A DNA stretch of 63,622 nt, counting the filler, from Parasitella parasitica NRRL 2501 (taxonomy: Eukaryota; Fungi; Mucoromycota), in NCBI GenBank assembly GCA_025201805.1. It is 4 parts of 4 records of this genome, joined end to end, with 100 filler letters (N's around TTAATTAATTAA, not from the genome) between each part and the next. Parts side by side here need not be neighbours in the genome. Positions count along the whole stretch, not along the records: positions 1 to 29,587 come from MU619385.1; 3 more parts are not named here. One strand, given 5' to 3'. The notes beneath the pieces are model-generated. The model was not told where the DNA came from. It made no database searches and worked only from the letters and a program-made list of their open reading frames with translations. Of the stretch, positions 1 through 13,987 are shown piece by piece. How positions within the stretch are numbered: position 1 is the first letter of the stretch; the number at the start of each line of letters is the position of its first letter. A program made the translations under genes and the position numbers.

Positions 1-1199
1 GAGTTGAAGTTTGAATGTCAATTATGCAATGATCTCTTGAATCATCACATGTTGATTTTTTAACCTAATTTGATGTTTACTGTTGACGCAAATTACCATA
101 AAGCACAGGGTATAGAATGGAAAATAATCGGTAAAACGTGGTTGAAACGTTAAAAGCCATTGTCTTTCTTTACGTTTCTTGCCAACGATAATAACCTGTT
201 TAATATGGTCAAGCCAAAAGTACAGAGGCAACAGCAAGCAATTACTTGCAGCCTTTTGGTTTATTAACTAAAAAAACTTTCCAAGAAATCCCTAAAATCA
301 GTGTTTGTGTCTCTACTGATGTCCATAATAAAATGGATAATAACGATGAACCGGATATTTTATGGCCATCTTTCTGTTCCTAATATTATGGCATTTTACA
401 CTAATATTGGGGTTAATTGCGCCATAGTGCAATGTTAGCACACTCTTGATGTAATTTATAAGGCCTATACTAAATTAGTTGGCAACCGCTTGCAAGGCCT
501 TTTATTACAAAATAGATGCAAACAGTAGATAAAACAAAAGACAAACAAAACCAGAGTAAGTTCCTTGCAGCGCTTGTGTAAGAGATTATGCTGATAATCA
601 TTAAGATCATTGCAGCCTTGGTTGTCGGTGCCAAGCGCACCTTTATTCTAGTTGCTCAATTTAGTTTTAACATTATTATACCTTGTTTTGGCAGCGACTC
701 TGGGACATCAAGCCACGTTACAGACTTCAAGCGAAATTTTCTTTCGATTTTATACTTTCGAATTATATTTGATTGATTATTTATTTAATAAAGCTTCTCT
801 CTCATATCATAGATACTTTCCGAATTTGCATGCTTTTAGTATTTGACATGATTGTTGATTTGCTTATTTAATATAGATCTGCAACTAACAGAAAATACAT
901 CTTAAGTACTTGCTTTTTTGATTAGTCTTAAATGAATAGAATTAGCGATGTCCAGCAAGTACTCGCTAGTCAATAGCTAGCAATAGTAAGCTGCCATAAT
1001 CAAGCATTGCCCTTTCTACACGTGATGTCTGACGTAGCAACCATTCAACATCAGCAGAGCTACAAACTTAGTGTTGCGGGGGGGATGGCTGTTGTTTTTA
1101 TTTTCAACAAGAGGGTGGGGCCTCGAAAACTAAAAAACTAAATTCATTAACCACCCTTCTCTTTGTATTTTTTTTTATACAATAAAATAAAACTAGAAA

Positions 1200-1841
1200 A
1201 TGGCTTCTCCTATCCGTGCTGCTGCTATCAACTGGTCCAAGTTGAGCGTCAGTCTTCCTCAAGAGACCGTCGCCTCTCTTCAAGCTTTCCGCAAGCGTAA
1301 CGATGAAGTCAAGCGTGTCCTTTCTGAACTCAAGGAACAGTCCACCACTGTCGATTTTGCTCACTATCGCAAGGTCTTGAAAAATCAAGATATCGTTCAA
1401 CAAGCTGAAAAGGCTGTCAGCGGTTTCAAACCCGTTGCTTACAATTTAGATGCTCAGTTGAATGCCATCAACCAATTTGAATCCAAGGCCGTGAGTTTAT
1501 TTCGATCAACCTCATAAAATGTCAACATCTTGTTAAGCGATTTCATTAGGTTTCCAAGGCTCAAAAGACCGTTCAACAAATCGAACACGAACTCAAGGAT
1601 CTTCATGCCACTCTCAGCAACATTGAAGGTTCTCGCCCTATTGAACAACTTACCGTATGTATCATGGCACTATACTGTCGAAATCAAACAAGGATGGATG
1701 GGTATTAATATTTATGAGTAGGTTGATGATATTGTTGTTGCCAAGCCCGAGATCACCAAAAACATTGAGGAAAGCCTCCAAAAGGGCCAATTCTCTGTTC
1801 CTGGTTACAAGGAGAAGTTTGGAGATATCTCTTACTTTTAA
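1200..1841 (+). CDS. ATP7: Mitochondrial F1Fo ATP synthase subunit d (3 exons: 1200-1490, 1550-1654, 1722-1841)
   Basis: MASPIRAAAINWSKL...LQAFRKRNDE...VDFAHYRKVLKN. GT-AG introns at 1491-1549 and 1655-1721 splice in frame to ...RPIEQLT|VDDIVVAKPEI...VPGYKEKFGDISYF*. Confidence 0.95.
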
Positions 1842-2153
1842 TTGTAATGTTTTTGCACGCTTTCTATTACCTCCTTGTCACCAAGCCTTGTCGATCAAAC
1901 TGGATAATTTATATACTACACAGATACAAAATATGAGCCATGTTATCATGTCTAGGCAAATACAATTATTATTTTCAAAAATATTGGGTCTATTTTGCAA
2001 TGATTGATACAAGCAGTAGTGGCTTGAGTGGGATTTCTGAAATTAGATGCTGTTACGGTATATTAAATTTGCGGTCTTTCCCTTTTAAAAAGAAGAGTCT
2101 GACACAAACTATTCTTTTTTTCTTCTCTTTTGTTCAGCATCAAAATTTATAAA

Positions 2154-3266
2154 ATGAATCATACATTTGTGTCCTCATTGGCAGGTTATCTATCAATTGT
2201 ATGCTGGCTTATTGTATTCACACCGTAAAGTTTTGCATGTGGGACTCTATACAGTCGTATTCTGATTTATTACATGTATATTCTAGACAATTGTGGGAAA
2301 ATTACCAGCGAAAAAGTGGGGATGGTCTTTCAATGACATTCTTAGTGATTTGGCTTGCTGGAGATGTTTTCAACTTGCTTGGCGTCATCATGCAAGACCT
2401 TTTGGTTACCATGGTAACAAATTTTTCTTGCAGTTGTTGACGTGAAGGGCTAATTTTATACTAGTTTGTTCTTGCCTTGTATTACACTGTGGCTGACATG
2501 TGCTTGATTTGGCAAGTTATTCACTATCAGCAGCAAAGCAAACAAGTCGACGAGGATATTATAGAACGTTTAGATGAATCAAGGTCATTATTGAATAGCA
2601 ACACGACAACAACTTCTTACAGCAACACACCCATCTCCTCATCAAACTCTTTCATAACCATCGCTGGTACAACAAACAATTCAACTAGTGGTGGCACTAA
2701 ACTGTTTAATTTGACCTCAGCAGTTTCGATTGTTTTGGTAACAGTGATATCTTGTTACACATATTTCAATATTCATTGGAAACATAATCATGATGGCGAT
2801 AATGGCAATGGAGATCACTTGGATTTTCTCCCTCAGTTGATGGGTTGGTCAAGCGCAGTTTTGTATGTTGGAAGCCGTATACCTCAAATATTAAAAAATT
2901 GGAGAAACAAGAGCACAGAAGGGTTAAGCTTTGGGATGTTTATCTGCGCTGTCATGGGAAACGTTTTTTTTACAATGGTAAGCAATAGTCTAAAACGAGT
3001 TTCAGTAGTGTTAAATTAACAAATATTTTCATCTCACAGTCCATCTTTTTGAAATCAACAAATGCAAATTACATTCTAATGAATTTATCTTGGGTTATTG
3101 GCAGCTGTGGCACATTGATTTTTGATTTTTTGGTTAGTTCTTTTGGATAAGGAGAAAAAAGAAAAAAAAAAAAATTGACGGATTTCTTTAATAGATCTTT
3201 ACACAGTTCTTTGTTTACAGCAAAGAAAAAAAGAACAAAGCCATCAAAGGAAAATTGATCGTCTAA
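2154..3266 (+). CDS. PQ-loop repeat vacuolar cationic amino acid transporter (YPQ1/PQLC2-like), multi-exon
   Basis: Two PQ-loop motifs: CWLIVFTP|QLWENYQRKSGDGLSMTFLVIWLAGD and LYVGSRIPQILKNWRNKSTEGLS. C-terminal GSCGTLIFDF motif. Confidence 0.9.
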
Positions 3267-3397
3267 CAATATTGTTTCAGACTTGAATACCCCCTTTAAT
3301 ATTTATGCGATGTATGCAGTTTTTGGTAGACAAAAAATTTCGTTGTATGATAAATTCTAGAATTATCCACCATTTTGACACGATGGTTCCGCCACCA

Positions 3398-4700
3398 CTA
3401 ATCTAGCGTGTATAGCCAAATGCCTTTCAAATGAGTGGTGGCTATTTTCTTTGAATATCGCACTGAGAGAAACATAAGGCTGGATATAATTAGTCTCATA
3501 ATAATATGCAATAAAAAGTAAAAGCTAACAAAAATATTTTGAGAACAAACTGGAAGCTCAGAATCCAGACGGTTCAGCGAGCGAGAGACAGATGGGATAA
3601 GATTGACAGTCGGATTAAGAAGCGGTGGGATCGCTAGTGAGCTTGTCAAATACATAGAACGGCGGCAGCGAGTAAGAAGCGCTGCAAGTATATTTGACCC
3701 GCCCCAGTCTATTGAACCACTTTGCGAAACACCACTGGGAATTGAGAAAACTTGGATGAGGGCCAATTTCGAACGCTGATAGCCTGGAAGTCAAAGTTAT
3801 ATGAAAATACTGTTCATCGATTGCAAGAAGCTTCTGAAGGCCGAAATGACTGGAGAACAGTTGATCTAAAGCTATAAATGAATCACAATAGAGTGAGTAT
3901 TAGGTCGATGTTGGAACCCGATTGTGCGTAAATAGAAGGTAGTACATGCAATCAGTGGAGATTGCAAGGAAGTAAAGCCGCTGTGAGGTACATGGGAGCA
4001 AAAGAATGTTGATGGTTGTATATTGTGGCGTCAAAGGGGAGTGACACGCTGTTAAAGTTAAGGGCAAACTCATCGCCATTAAAGAGTTGGTTGTTGGAGG
4101 ATGGGATTATCTGAGGATCATCCTGGTGACGAGGTTGTTCCAATGTTTTAAAGAATAGTCTGGAGGAACATAAGCAAAATAAAGATAATAACTAGGCTCG
4201 AGTGAAGATGAAATGTTGCATTATTTGCCATAGTTTGGAGTGGATTAGGGCGTTTAAGATGTTGGCTCTGCCACAAATGGAGAGGTGTCGTTGGGAGTGG
4301 ATTTAGGTGCATAAGTGTAAGTTGTCATGGATTTGTTGAAAGAACAGATTGTGTTGCTGGATGCTCGAGCAAACAGGGTAACCAAGATAAACAACCAGGT
4401 TGCTAGAAATTGTTGTCATTGTATCTGCGATCGAACAATGAGAAGCTACTGTTTTTTTTATAGCAAGTAAGACATTGAAAGCTTGCATGCATGTATGGGT
4501 AATGACCAGTAACAAGTGAAAGTCAGATTGATCCTGAAGATATACCAGGGTATCGTTGACATAGGCCACGATCTTATACTGTGAAGGAGTTGTAGGGTTG
4601 AGAGTGAGGTGGTGGAAGAGATTGAAAGTGCTGCGGCCAAGTAAAGGAGGGTAGCTATGTAGTAATATCAGGGATGTCGCTATGAATGGTTAAGTAGGTA
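3398..4700 (-). CDS. Hypothetical multi-exon protein, or a degenerate gene
   Basis: Several consecutive minus-strand ORF segments (4303-4569, 3952-4143, 3398-3766) with splice-like signals. No recognisable domain. Confidence 0.3.
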
Positions 4701-4945
4701 GAAGGTTACGCTATACGTATTAAAAACGTTGGTGCTATTGGTAATGGTAAACTTACGGACTTGTCAGACAGATGAAATTTTACTAATGCAATCAGGGCAT
4801 TTACAAGAATTTTTCGTTGTTTTTGAAATAATTTTTTTTTTTTTTATATAGTAAAAAAAGTTTTTCATGAGGTTTGGTTGTTGATTGTGTATGTAAAATG
4901 TGAGTGTAAAAAAATTATACAAACAGTGAGTAAGAGAGATAGAGA

Positions 4946-7850
4946 TTACAGAGGAACAGAAACTTGAGATGCATCGAGACCTAAAGCATGCAAGAACAAA
5001 TTAACATTGGAAATACGATGGCTGGCTTGTTCAAGAGGAAGACGATTTCTCTTTGCAAGTACAATATTATCCATCACACGATCCCTATTGACATTGATTA
5101 GCATGCAAAATAAAGTGTAACTGAATGAGACTTTACCTGACTTCAGTAACTAAAATATGCTGTTGATCCATGGACGCGCCGACTGCCATCGCAGCCAAGA
5201 ATTGCCATACATACATATCGTCGACAGAAAGTGATAATTGCATCATGGGTGTGTTGGGGTTAAGAGGAACCAAATAATACAAAGATGGGAATATAAGAAG
5301 GTAACGGCCCTTGAGCATATTAAAGAGGTTGCCATAAAGTTCTTGCCAGCGATTAACTTCTTCAGAGGTAGGAGGAGCTAATCCCTGTAGAGTTCCACCA
5401 CCTTGTTTCAAGATTTCTGCACGAGATAAGAGCATGGTCAAAAAGGCTAATCCAGGCTTTGTCTGAGCAATTGCCAAAATATCATTCTTGTCTAAAAGTA
5501 AGTAAAGCAAATCATTTACAATACGCAGAGGAGCCTCCGCAATAAAAGCTAAAAGGGGAGGAGCAGTAGCATTCATGAAAAGTTCCACGTTTTCAAAATT
5601 AACAAACTGTTGTTTCTTGGCTTCATCTACATTAGCTACGGCAGTACCAGGATAAATGACATGACGGCAAACCTGAAGACGAGAAAAGTTACCAATACAT
5701 ACAGTCAATAAAACCAAGTTTTGGTCATGGTTCAATTGTCGTACAATGCGAGGTATTAGCTTTTTGCCCTTTGCAATGGAAAGCAAAGAGACCAAAAAAG
5801 GTATTTCGGAAGTCTCTGTCAGACGCAGCGTCTTCCAGAGTTTTTCCACCTTGACTGCATACTTTTCGTTAAAGGCTTCAACACAATCTTTTTCATCTTG
5901 CTCGTCTTCATGGTGGGTTTGAGGTGGTCCTTGACGACGCATTTGCTCCAATTCCAAAACAATGGTATACATGTCTTCAGTAATCTTAAGGACATGACGC
6001 TTATCGACTGTAGCTGATTGTTTGACAGAAACAGGCTTGTTAGAACTACCTTTAGGGGAGCTGGTAGTGGCAGTGGCAGTATTGGAAGCAGCTGTAGCAG
6101 CAGTTGATTCAGAGTTGTTGCTACTAGGCACTTGCAAAACTTGACGAGGATTACGAACAGTCAAAGAGGTGATCTTACCCAATGCACCTTCCAAAGAGAC
6201 TTGGGTCTGCTTGGGACGACGCTTCGCATCATTCACAATACGCTGCAACTGCTGATGCAAACGTTGCATCGTGTTTTCTTCACGACGGCCACGACTGTTG
6301 TTCGTACGACTACCTTCAGCTGTATTGCCCATACCATTGTGAGCAAGAGAAGATTGCAAAGGCAAACCAGCACGTTGGCGAAGAGATGAATATACTTGAT
6401 AATAAAAGTCGTCAGCATATGGATCTCCCGAAGCCAATTGAGAAAGTTGAATGCGATTGACAACCATCTTGTCATGTTCAGTCATAAGACCATCATATTG
6501 AGACTGCATACAAGAGGCATTAACTTAGCTGAATACGCACACTCAAATCCCCCTCTAATTACCTTGCGCTGATATTCTCTACGCTTCAATTCTCGAGTAA
6601 TTGAAAGTTGCTGTTCCTTCAGTTCCTGTTGCTGTTTCATGGCCAAGATTTGCATAGGATCAGGTTGAGGAAACCCAAAATGAGAAACGCCATGTTCATT
6701 TTGAGGTTGTCCTTGAGATTGTTGCTGTTGCTTTTGGTGTTGCTGCTGTTGCAAAGTAGCTTCCAATTCAGCCAAATTTAAACCTTTTCCATTATTTACT
6801 GGAGATCCTTTAAGATAGCGATTAGCAGCTTGTTGGCGCATATCAGCTTCAATGTCCTCCAAAGTAACGGGAGGTCGCTGCTGCTGTTGCTGTTGTTGCT
6901 GAAATCCTGCAGACGTAGTAGGAGACATTCCTCCAACAAACTGAGGCTGTTGTTGTTGCTGTTGAGGACGTCTGGTTGCATTAGCTGCAAAAGGCGATAA
7001 AGTATTTTGACTGCCTGACAAGGATGAAAATCCTGCATTATCGGCTTGTATTGAATATAAAAGTTAGTTTTTCTGTAAGGAATGCAGTAATCAACACATA
7101 CCAGGAGAAAGACCATTATTAAAGTTGCCCCAAATAGACTTTGAGGGTGCAATAGGAGAAGCCTAAATGGACCAACATGTCAAAACACCCACGACACACG
7201 GCAAAAATAAAATAAAATAGAAAAAATACCTCTCCAAAATTTCTCCCAACAGGTTGACGTGCAGGAGTAGCAGCCCAAGGATTACGGAAGCTACCTTGTT
7301 GCACTTTTTTAAACCTGATTTTAGTTGTATGTACACACTTGAACCTCTTTTTTTCTTTACCTTTTTGATCCTCATAAGCCGTGCGTTTAGCATAAAAAGC
7401 TTCCTCCTCTGAGATTCCATTCGAAAAGCGGCGAGAGTTTCCAGAGAAATCAAAATCCTTACCTGTAAACCGCGTATTAGATAATAATACAAAAAAGGTA
7501 GCCTCCCCAACCAAACTTACCGACTGGAGCGTCCCCAAACGTCAAATCGTTCACATCGTCGCCTTCTTCGATAAGCTGATCAGCAAGGTTACCATCTTCT
7601 TCTTGTAAATTGTCATGTTCATTTACGCCGAGCTCTTGACGCAACGTTGCAAAATCATACACGTCAGCGTCAATGTGATCATAGCTTTGGCTTTGATCAC
7701 TTCTATTCTTGTTGCCTTGTTTGTTAAGAGCACGATACTCGTCCTCACTCAAAGGCGGTAAGTTGGTATTGAAACTAGTGGGAGCGTTTAGTCTTCCTAA
7801 CTGACGTACAAACGTATGTGTTTTCTTTACCCAAAAAATGAATCGCCCAT
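4946..7850 (-). CDS. PAT1: Pat1 mRNA decapping activator / topoisomerase II-associated protein, multi-exon
   Basis: N-terminus MGDSFFG|FNTNLPP and acidic DDVNDLTFGD. Q-rich middle. GLMTEHDK..VNRIQLSQL...DPYADDFYYQVY, SLEGALGKI, YVWQFLAAMAVGASMDQQHILVTEVR, C-terminal NVNLFLHALGLDASQ. Confidence 0.93.
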
Positions 7851-9119
7851 GGAATGTTGTTTACTTTCTCACTATATATATGCGTATTCTGCTTACTTGC
7901 TTGACAATATATAAAAAGAGACAAGTTTTCCTATTCGTTTATATCTGCAAATATATACAAAATAGAAAAATAAAGGTTTAAAAAGCAAAAGAAAAGAGAA
8001 GAAAATCTTTTCTTGTTCAGTGCAAATGTCGATAATTTCCCCAATTTCTAACCGGACGCGCAAGTTATTGTGATAAGTGGAGGTGCCCCCCCAAACATCT
8101 GAAATGTTTAAACCCCAGCTATATCGAAATGGTTGTTTGATAGAATTGAGCAGAAAGAAGAAGTCTAGAGACTCTTGAAGACAGTTTTTCATATAATAAT
8201 CATAGAGTGTATCCTCATGATAAACAAAAATTCACACTCACATTGGAATAGATGCATTAATGGCCAAGTAAAAAATCTAAATTGTGGACAATCATGGGTC
8301 TGAAAAGGAGTATGACACCAGCTAAGGCCTCGGACATACCATCATTGAAAGAACTCCAGATGCTTGTTATCCTGCATGGATATGTAAGAGTAACAGGCAA
8401 CCAAAAGGGTCAAGGAAACACAAAGAAGAGCTATGAGCCGTGTGGTATTTCGATTTCATAGATTGATCTCATACCAACATCATGAGCCAAAGTACACAAG
8501 ACGTGGTCTTGGAGGACTAAAGTTGATAAGAATTTAAATCAAAATTAATAGTAATAATGATGCATGATGGAATTATGCAACACTTATGGTCTATCATTCA
8601 TGGTTTATAAGCCCCAAACATGTATTTTCATCAAGAATTTCTCTTTATGATTTGTGTATAGAACGTACATACTCAAGGTTGCTTTTCATATACTTGCTGC
8701 AAACGCAAGAGAAATCTGCAACGCGAGCCTTATTAACATCAAGTGTGTAATTATTGATATTATAGAGATTTAATTTGATCTTCTATACGGTACTAGACCG
8801 ATGGAGGCCACCAGTCTAATGCATGTCTTGATAGGCGAAAATCGTATACCTGGAAATGACTAAAGATATTCGTTGTAAGTCTGTGTTGTAAATATGATAA
8901 AATATCTCTAAAAACGTTTATTTTCTGCGATATTTGTTTTAACAGTGTTATGAATCGAATGAAACAATACGCTTCATTCCTGTCATATTAAGAGATATCG
9001 AGTGAAAAAGGTATAAAGATATCCATCCTGTGCCTGTGTAATCAGATCCAGCAGAAAGACAATACAGGATTAAAAAATCCTCAGCAGCAGTGGTTATAAT
9101 ATCATTTTGGTTCTTTTAT

Positions 9120-10453
9120 TCAGGCATATAGCTGTAAAACCCTTTTAACATCTTGAGACAGCAAATCATGAACGTGAAACGTTGGATGAAGATCGTTGAG
9201 CCAGAAATATCTGCGTGGAAAAATAAATGTCAACAGAGCCACACTGATAATTACAATTTGAAGACTTACTCTCCTATTGGTTTGCAATGATTCTCGATTG
9301 GATGTGACCTATCATTCCGTATGTCATGTCAATAAATGTGATGCAAAAAATGTCATCATGCTTTAATTACCAGTCAGGGCAAAAAGTAAGAGTGTCTGTC
9401 ATGCCGTAGCTACCTGAATTGTCTAACAAATGATCGAAAAATCTCCATGCGTCATATTCAATAAACGTAATAGCAGTTGCTGCAGAGGCATAAAACTGCT
9501 TTAAATGTTTCATCGTATTTTTCAGTTTCTTGTTATAGTCTGTATGCATGTAAGTATTATGGAAATAATATCAGCATATGATGCAGCATACATCGTGAAT
9601 AAACTTACCTGCAACACGAGTCTCTATTATCTTCTCATTCTCTGTACCACGCCACATTGGAGCTCTGTGGATGGGTGGTACATTGATCAGCATAAAGTTT
9701 CGCTCTCCTTTTTCAATTAATTCGTTCTATGCAAAAAAAAAAAAAAAGAGAAAATCATTCATTGTTTGCTTTCGCTATTCTTACAATGAACTTACGATGA
9801 GTAGTTCATATCGTCGCATAATCAATAAATCCAGATCGTCTGTTTGATTCCAGTTATACGTTAAGTCAATATCGTTAATACCAACCCAAATTGTAACTAA
9901 TGTTGATTCATGGGTGTGTTGAATGCCTCGTTTGGCGTATACAGAATCCACGATAGTCGCTATTTTTTCTGTTGGTGATACAAGAATCTGCTGGTACAGC
10001 TCACGCACTTGTGTACTCACATCAATGACCCTGTATTTTAAAATTGCACAAAGATTAACAAGAGGGAGGGGTAAAAGTAATAAAAATAGATTACGTTGGT
10101 ACCTAACAATGGATTGAAATCAGTACATAGTGAGCGCTATATACTTCATCACTCACTTGGTTAACGATGCTGTTGTTCACTGGCGCAGAATTATATGCAA
10201 AATCCCAACTGATCCATTGCGTAGAATCTGTGAGGTAAATCACCCAATTTGGACCACCTGCTGAGGTGCAATTTCGACAAGCATAAGTTAATGAATCAAC
10301 GTCCAAATATCGAGTAGTGTAGGAGTCGCCAAACGAGACTATAGTGTTGATGTTTCTATACGAAAAGGCCGGCGATGGGGATATAATTGGTTGAGCCAAC
10401 ACGCAAACAAGATAGATCGCAGAAAATGCCAACAAAGTGAAAAAAAGGCACAT
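9120..10453 (-). CDS. Secreted SGNH/GDSL hydrolase (carbohydrate esterase family 16-like), multi-exon
   Basis: Signal peptide, block I VSFGDSYT, TSAGGPNWV, block III IWVGIND, block V YFWLNDLHPT. Confidence 0.9.
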
Positions 10454-10794
10454 TTTTCTGGTTTTACTTGATTCATCTCCTGTCTTCCCTTTTATCGCTG
10501 TCTCCTGCTGCTGTGGATTCGGATGAATTGTTGTTTGATGCACGTCTTGATCATGACTAAGGTTACTATAACTACCAATCAAGTGGCTGCCATGGTTACA
10601 AGGCAACAATTCTTGATTTATCTTGTTTTTAGACGACCAGACCATATTGCATGTATTTAGAAATTCCTTTTTCGAGGTGAAGCAAAAAGTGACTAAACAG
10701 AAAGAAAAGGAAATATATGTATAAAAAAATAGTTCGTTTATTTTAAATCAAGAAACCTCCAAATGTTTAACGTTTTTCGTATTAAATAAATCAT

Positions 10795-11620
10795 TTAAAA
10801 CTTCATGTTGTGAGGGAATTGACCCTTGTTCAAACCGAAAGATGAGGCCAAGTATTGACGAAGGAAAGGAGTCTTGGAGACAACTTCGAGAAGAGACTTA
10901 TCGACAGCCTTTTGGTCAGCAACCTTGGATTCAGGGAAAGCAGCCTTCTTCTACTCGCTACGTGTTTAGTTGCGTATTTTGTGTGTGACAAAAACAAACT
11001 TACCTCTTCACCTTGAAGAAAAGCCTTATCGGCCTTGGCAGACTTCTTGAAATAAGCATCATTGATCTTTTCATCAACCTAAAAACAAAAGAATGCGTTA
11101 CATCTTCTGTTAATGTTTCCCACATCTCTTTCATTTTTTTTTTTACCTTGACACCAGAAATATCGACCTTGGTAGAGGTGGCGATAACATAGGCTTGGTT
11201 GACACGTCTCAAAGGAACACCGTTGATCTTGAAGGGACCAGTGACAAGGAGGAGACCAGAATCAAGTTGCTTCAAGACAACAACACGCTTACCACTGTGA
11301 CGACCGGCTAAAAGAATGGCAACAGTACCAGGAGAGATGGTCGAACGGAGGGCAGTCTTCTTGGCAGCTTTGCGGCTAACCTTGGGTTGAGGAACATCTT
11401 CAGCAGGGTAGAAGCGAGAAGCCTTTTGAGCAGGGACAGTACGGTTTTTACCGTTCTTACCACCCTTTACCTCAACAATCTTGTCGGTAGCAGCAGCCTT
11501 GACAGGAGCAGCAACAGCAATGTGCTTATGCTTGTATTGGGCCTTCTTGGAGTAGGCAGCAGTGCGAGAGTAGCGAGATACGCCGGGAGCAATGAAGCTA
11601 TTTCTTGGTGCGTGCGACAT
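10795..11620 (-). CDS. RPL6: 60S ribosomal protein L6 (eL6), with introns
   Basis: FYPAEDVP...[64 protein letters not shown]-terminal [19 protein letters not shown]. Confidence 0.97.
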
Positions 11621-12571
11621 TTGTAGCTAAATGTAAAATAAAACATTAGTCTTTCCAGTCTATCAAATTCTCATTTGGATATGTTCCGTAGAATATGTTT
11701 GAAAATGAAGAGATTCCATATGCATACGCTTGTAATTCAAGTGTTGTTCACTGAGTGAGATTGTGTAGACCGTGGTTAAATTGGTAAGCACAATTTCCTT
11801 CGAATGCCATGCTTTATTATATGTTGAAATATATAATTGTTGATTTGGCAAAAAGTACCAACTTTTTTTTTTTAGCACGATATACTTATGGCATACCTGG
11901 TGGACATCCATCCATTTGAATTAGATGATTATCCATCTATTATTCAAACATACTCTACGCTTCTTTATCCATATGCAACTGTTATTATTGATGTTTTACC
12001 TTTGGCTATAACGAAAAAGAGGGTGTTGTATCGATTGTTCACCTTTGACCTATATTCCCTTTTTTTACTTTGGTCCGGACGAACTTGCTTTTCTGGGTTT
12101 GAGATCTTGCTGAGCATCCTTTAAGGTTACACGTGATTCACCGGACAATGAGACGCTATTCACCCAGGCAGACTGTGCACAAGTGGGAGATTGCTACATG
12201 TTTTGAATTCTTACTTTTTATCAGCACGCAATATGGATAGTGTCATCGACCATGTACATTGGACTAAATCATCATTAGCAGTATTTGCAGATGAATGGAC
12301 AGGGGATCCAGCACAACCAGAGTTTATAGTATTACCTGAATCAGAAGAATTCAACTTTGATTTGAATCTCGAAATGCAGTTGAATCAGAAAGAGAATAAA
12401 AAACGCTTGAAAAGCGAATGGAAGCCAAATCCAATGGATCTTTAAAAGAGCACACGTACCATATTAAATACCGATTTCTAGATTGAACATTTTTTTATAA
12501 AACATTGCGCTGAAAATGCTGATTAAACCTCCAAAAAAATTATCTTAACCGCTCAATTCTCGATTTTATTA

Positions 12572-12795
12572 ATGAAGGTTTTTGGTTCCATCTTGATAGC
12601 TGCTGTAGTTGCCGCATATTCAGCTATACCTGTTGCTGATAGTGAGTTTATAAATAATATTCGTGGCAACAACGGTGATGCATTAATCACTCCTTTCTAT
12701 GTCACTGCACCTTTTAAAAACACATTATATTTAACTTTGCCAACATAGGATAATCAGTATCTTGATTTGACTACAATGTACTGCCGCAATTGTAG
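12572..12795 (+). pseudogene. Possible relic of a secreted CE16/SGNH esterase paralogue
   Basis: Signal-peptide-like MKVFGSILIAAVVAAYSA, then after an AG at 12747-48 the peptide DNQYLDLTTMYCRNC, which resembles RYLDVDSLTYACRNC of the esterase at 9120-10453. No continuing ORF. Confidence 0.35.
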
Positions 12796-13987
12796 AGTTA
12801 CTAAAAGTAAATCGTGTCGACAAAAATTAGTTTGGATAAGTTATTATGTACTTGAATTAACATGTTATTACATAATAGCTCGACTTAATGGTATCAGTGA
12901 GCATGTCCACTGGACTTGATTTACAAACGACTATTTTATTCAGTAACATCAAATGTGCATATCGCCCTAATACGCCGTAATAATATTACGTCAATGATGA
13001 TTACAGAGCATTCAAAATAAGTGGCTCATTTGTCTTCTCTATTTGATATGCTATTCTATTAGTGCAAAGTAGCTGGCAATGCCAATAATAGTTCTTCCGC
13101 TGCTACTTCCGCCATCACTGGCACTTCAGTATCTCATTTATAATTCGCATTTGCGCAAACAAAACAGCAATTAATTTCTATGAAACCCTCATCAGTTACG
13201 CCTTACAAATACAGATATTCAAGCGCATGTTGTGCGTTAGCTCAACTAGGCAATATATAGTGGCAATTACTTATCTATACATAATGTATATAAGTGACAT
13301 GTACATAATATTTAAAAGGGATGACAAGTAAATTAGCATTGGTTTTTAGAAATTCGTTCAAATTTTTATTATAAGATTAGATCCTTGAAATACAGAAATA
13401 AATCAGACATCGGCTTGGTACTAAATACAGTTATACATTATACACAAATCCTTAATCTGTACTCAAACATAAAGAAGAATTATTTGGATGTTATTAACAT
13501 ATCCCACCACAAGGTATTCTTCCAATAACCCTATGAAGGAGACTAATTACGAGATTGAGTTGTATGAAACTTTTGCAATAATTGCATCCCTCTGTTTAAT
13601 GAACCTGTATGCAAGATCATCCTCTTCTTTATTGAAGCTGACGACAGAAAAGGGTTTATTAGTAGGCGAAATGGCCATGTAGTTTAACTAAATTATCGAT
13701 ATCGTTTTTTAGTATCGGCATCATCACTGAGATCATTTGTTGGCTTGTTATTATTATATCACCAGCAACAATAGAAATGAGAATAAAGCCGGCATATGAC
13801 AATCATTGTAATATCATCATTAAATAATTCGTGTCAATGAAGTGCTATGTTAGAATATTTTGCATGAACCTTAATGGCGAGTTAAATCACCAATTTTACC
13901 CTTTATATTCCAATGAGAGCTTAAAGGCTTTCACAAAAAGCTTAAATCTTTTTCATTTTTTTCTTGGGAAAAATGAGTTTATGAGAG

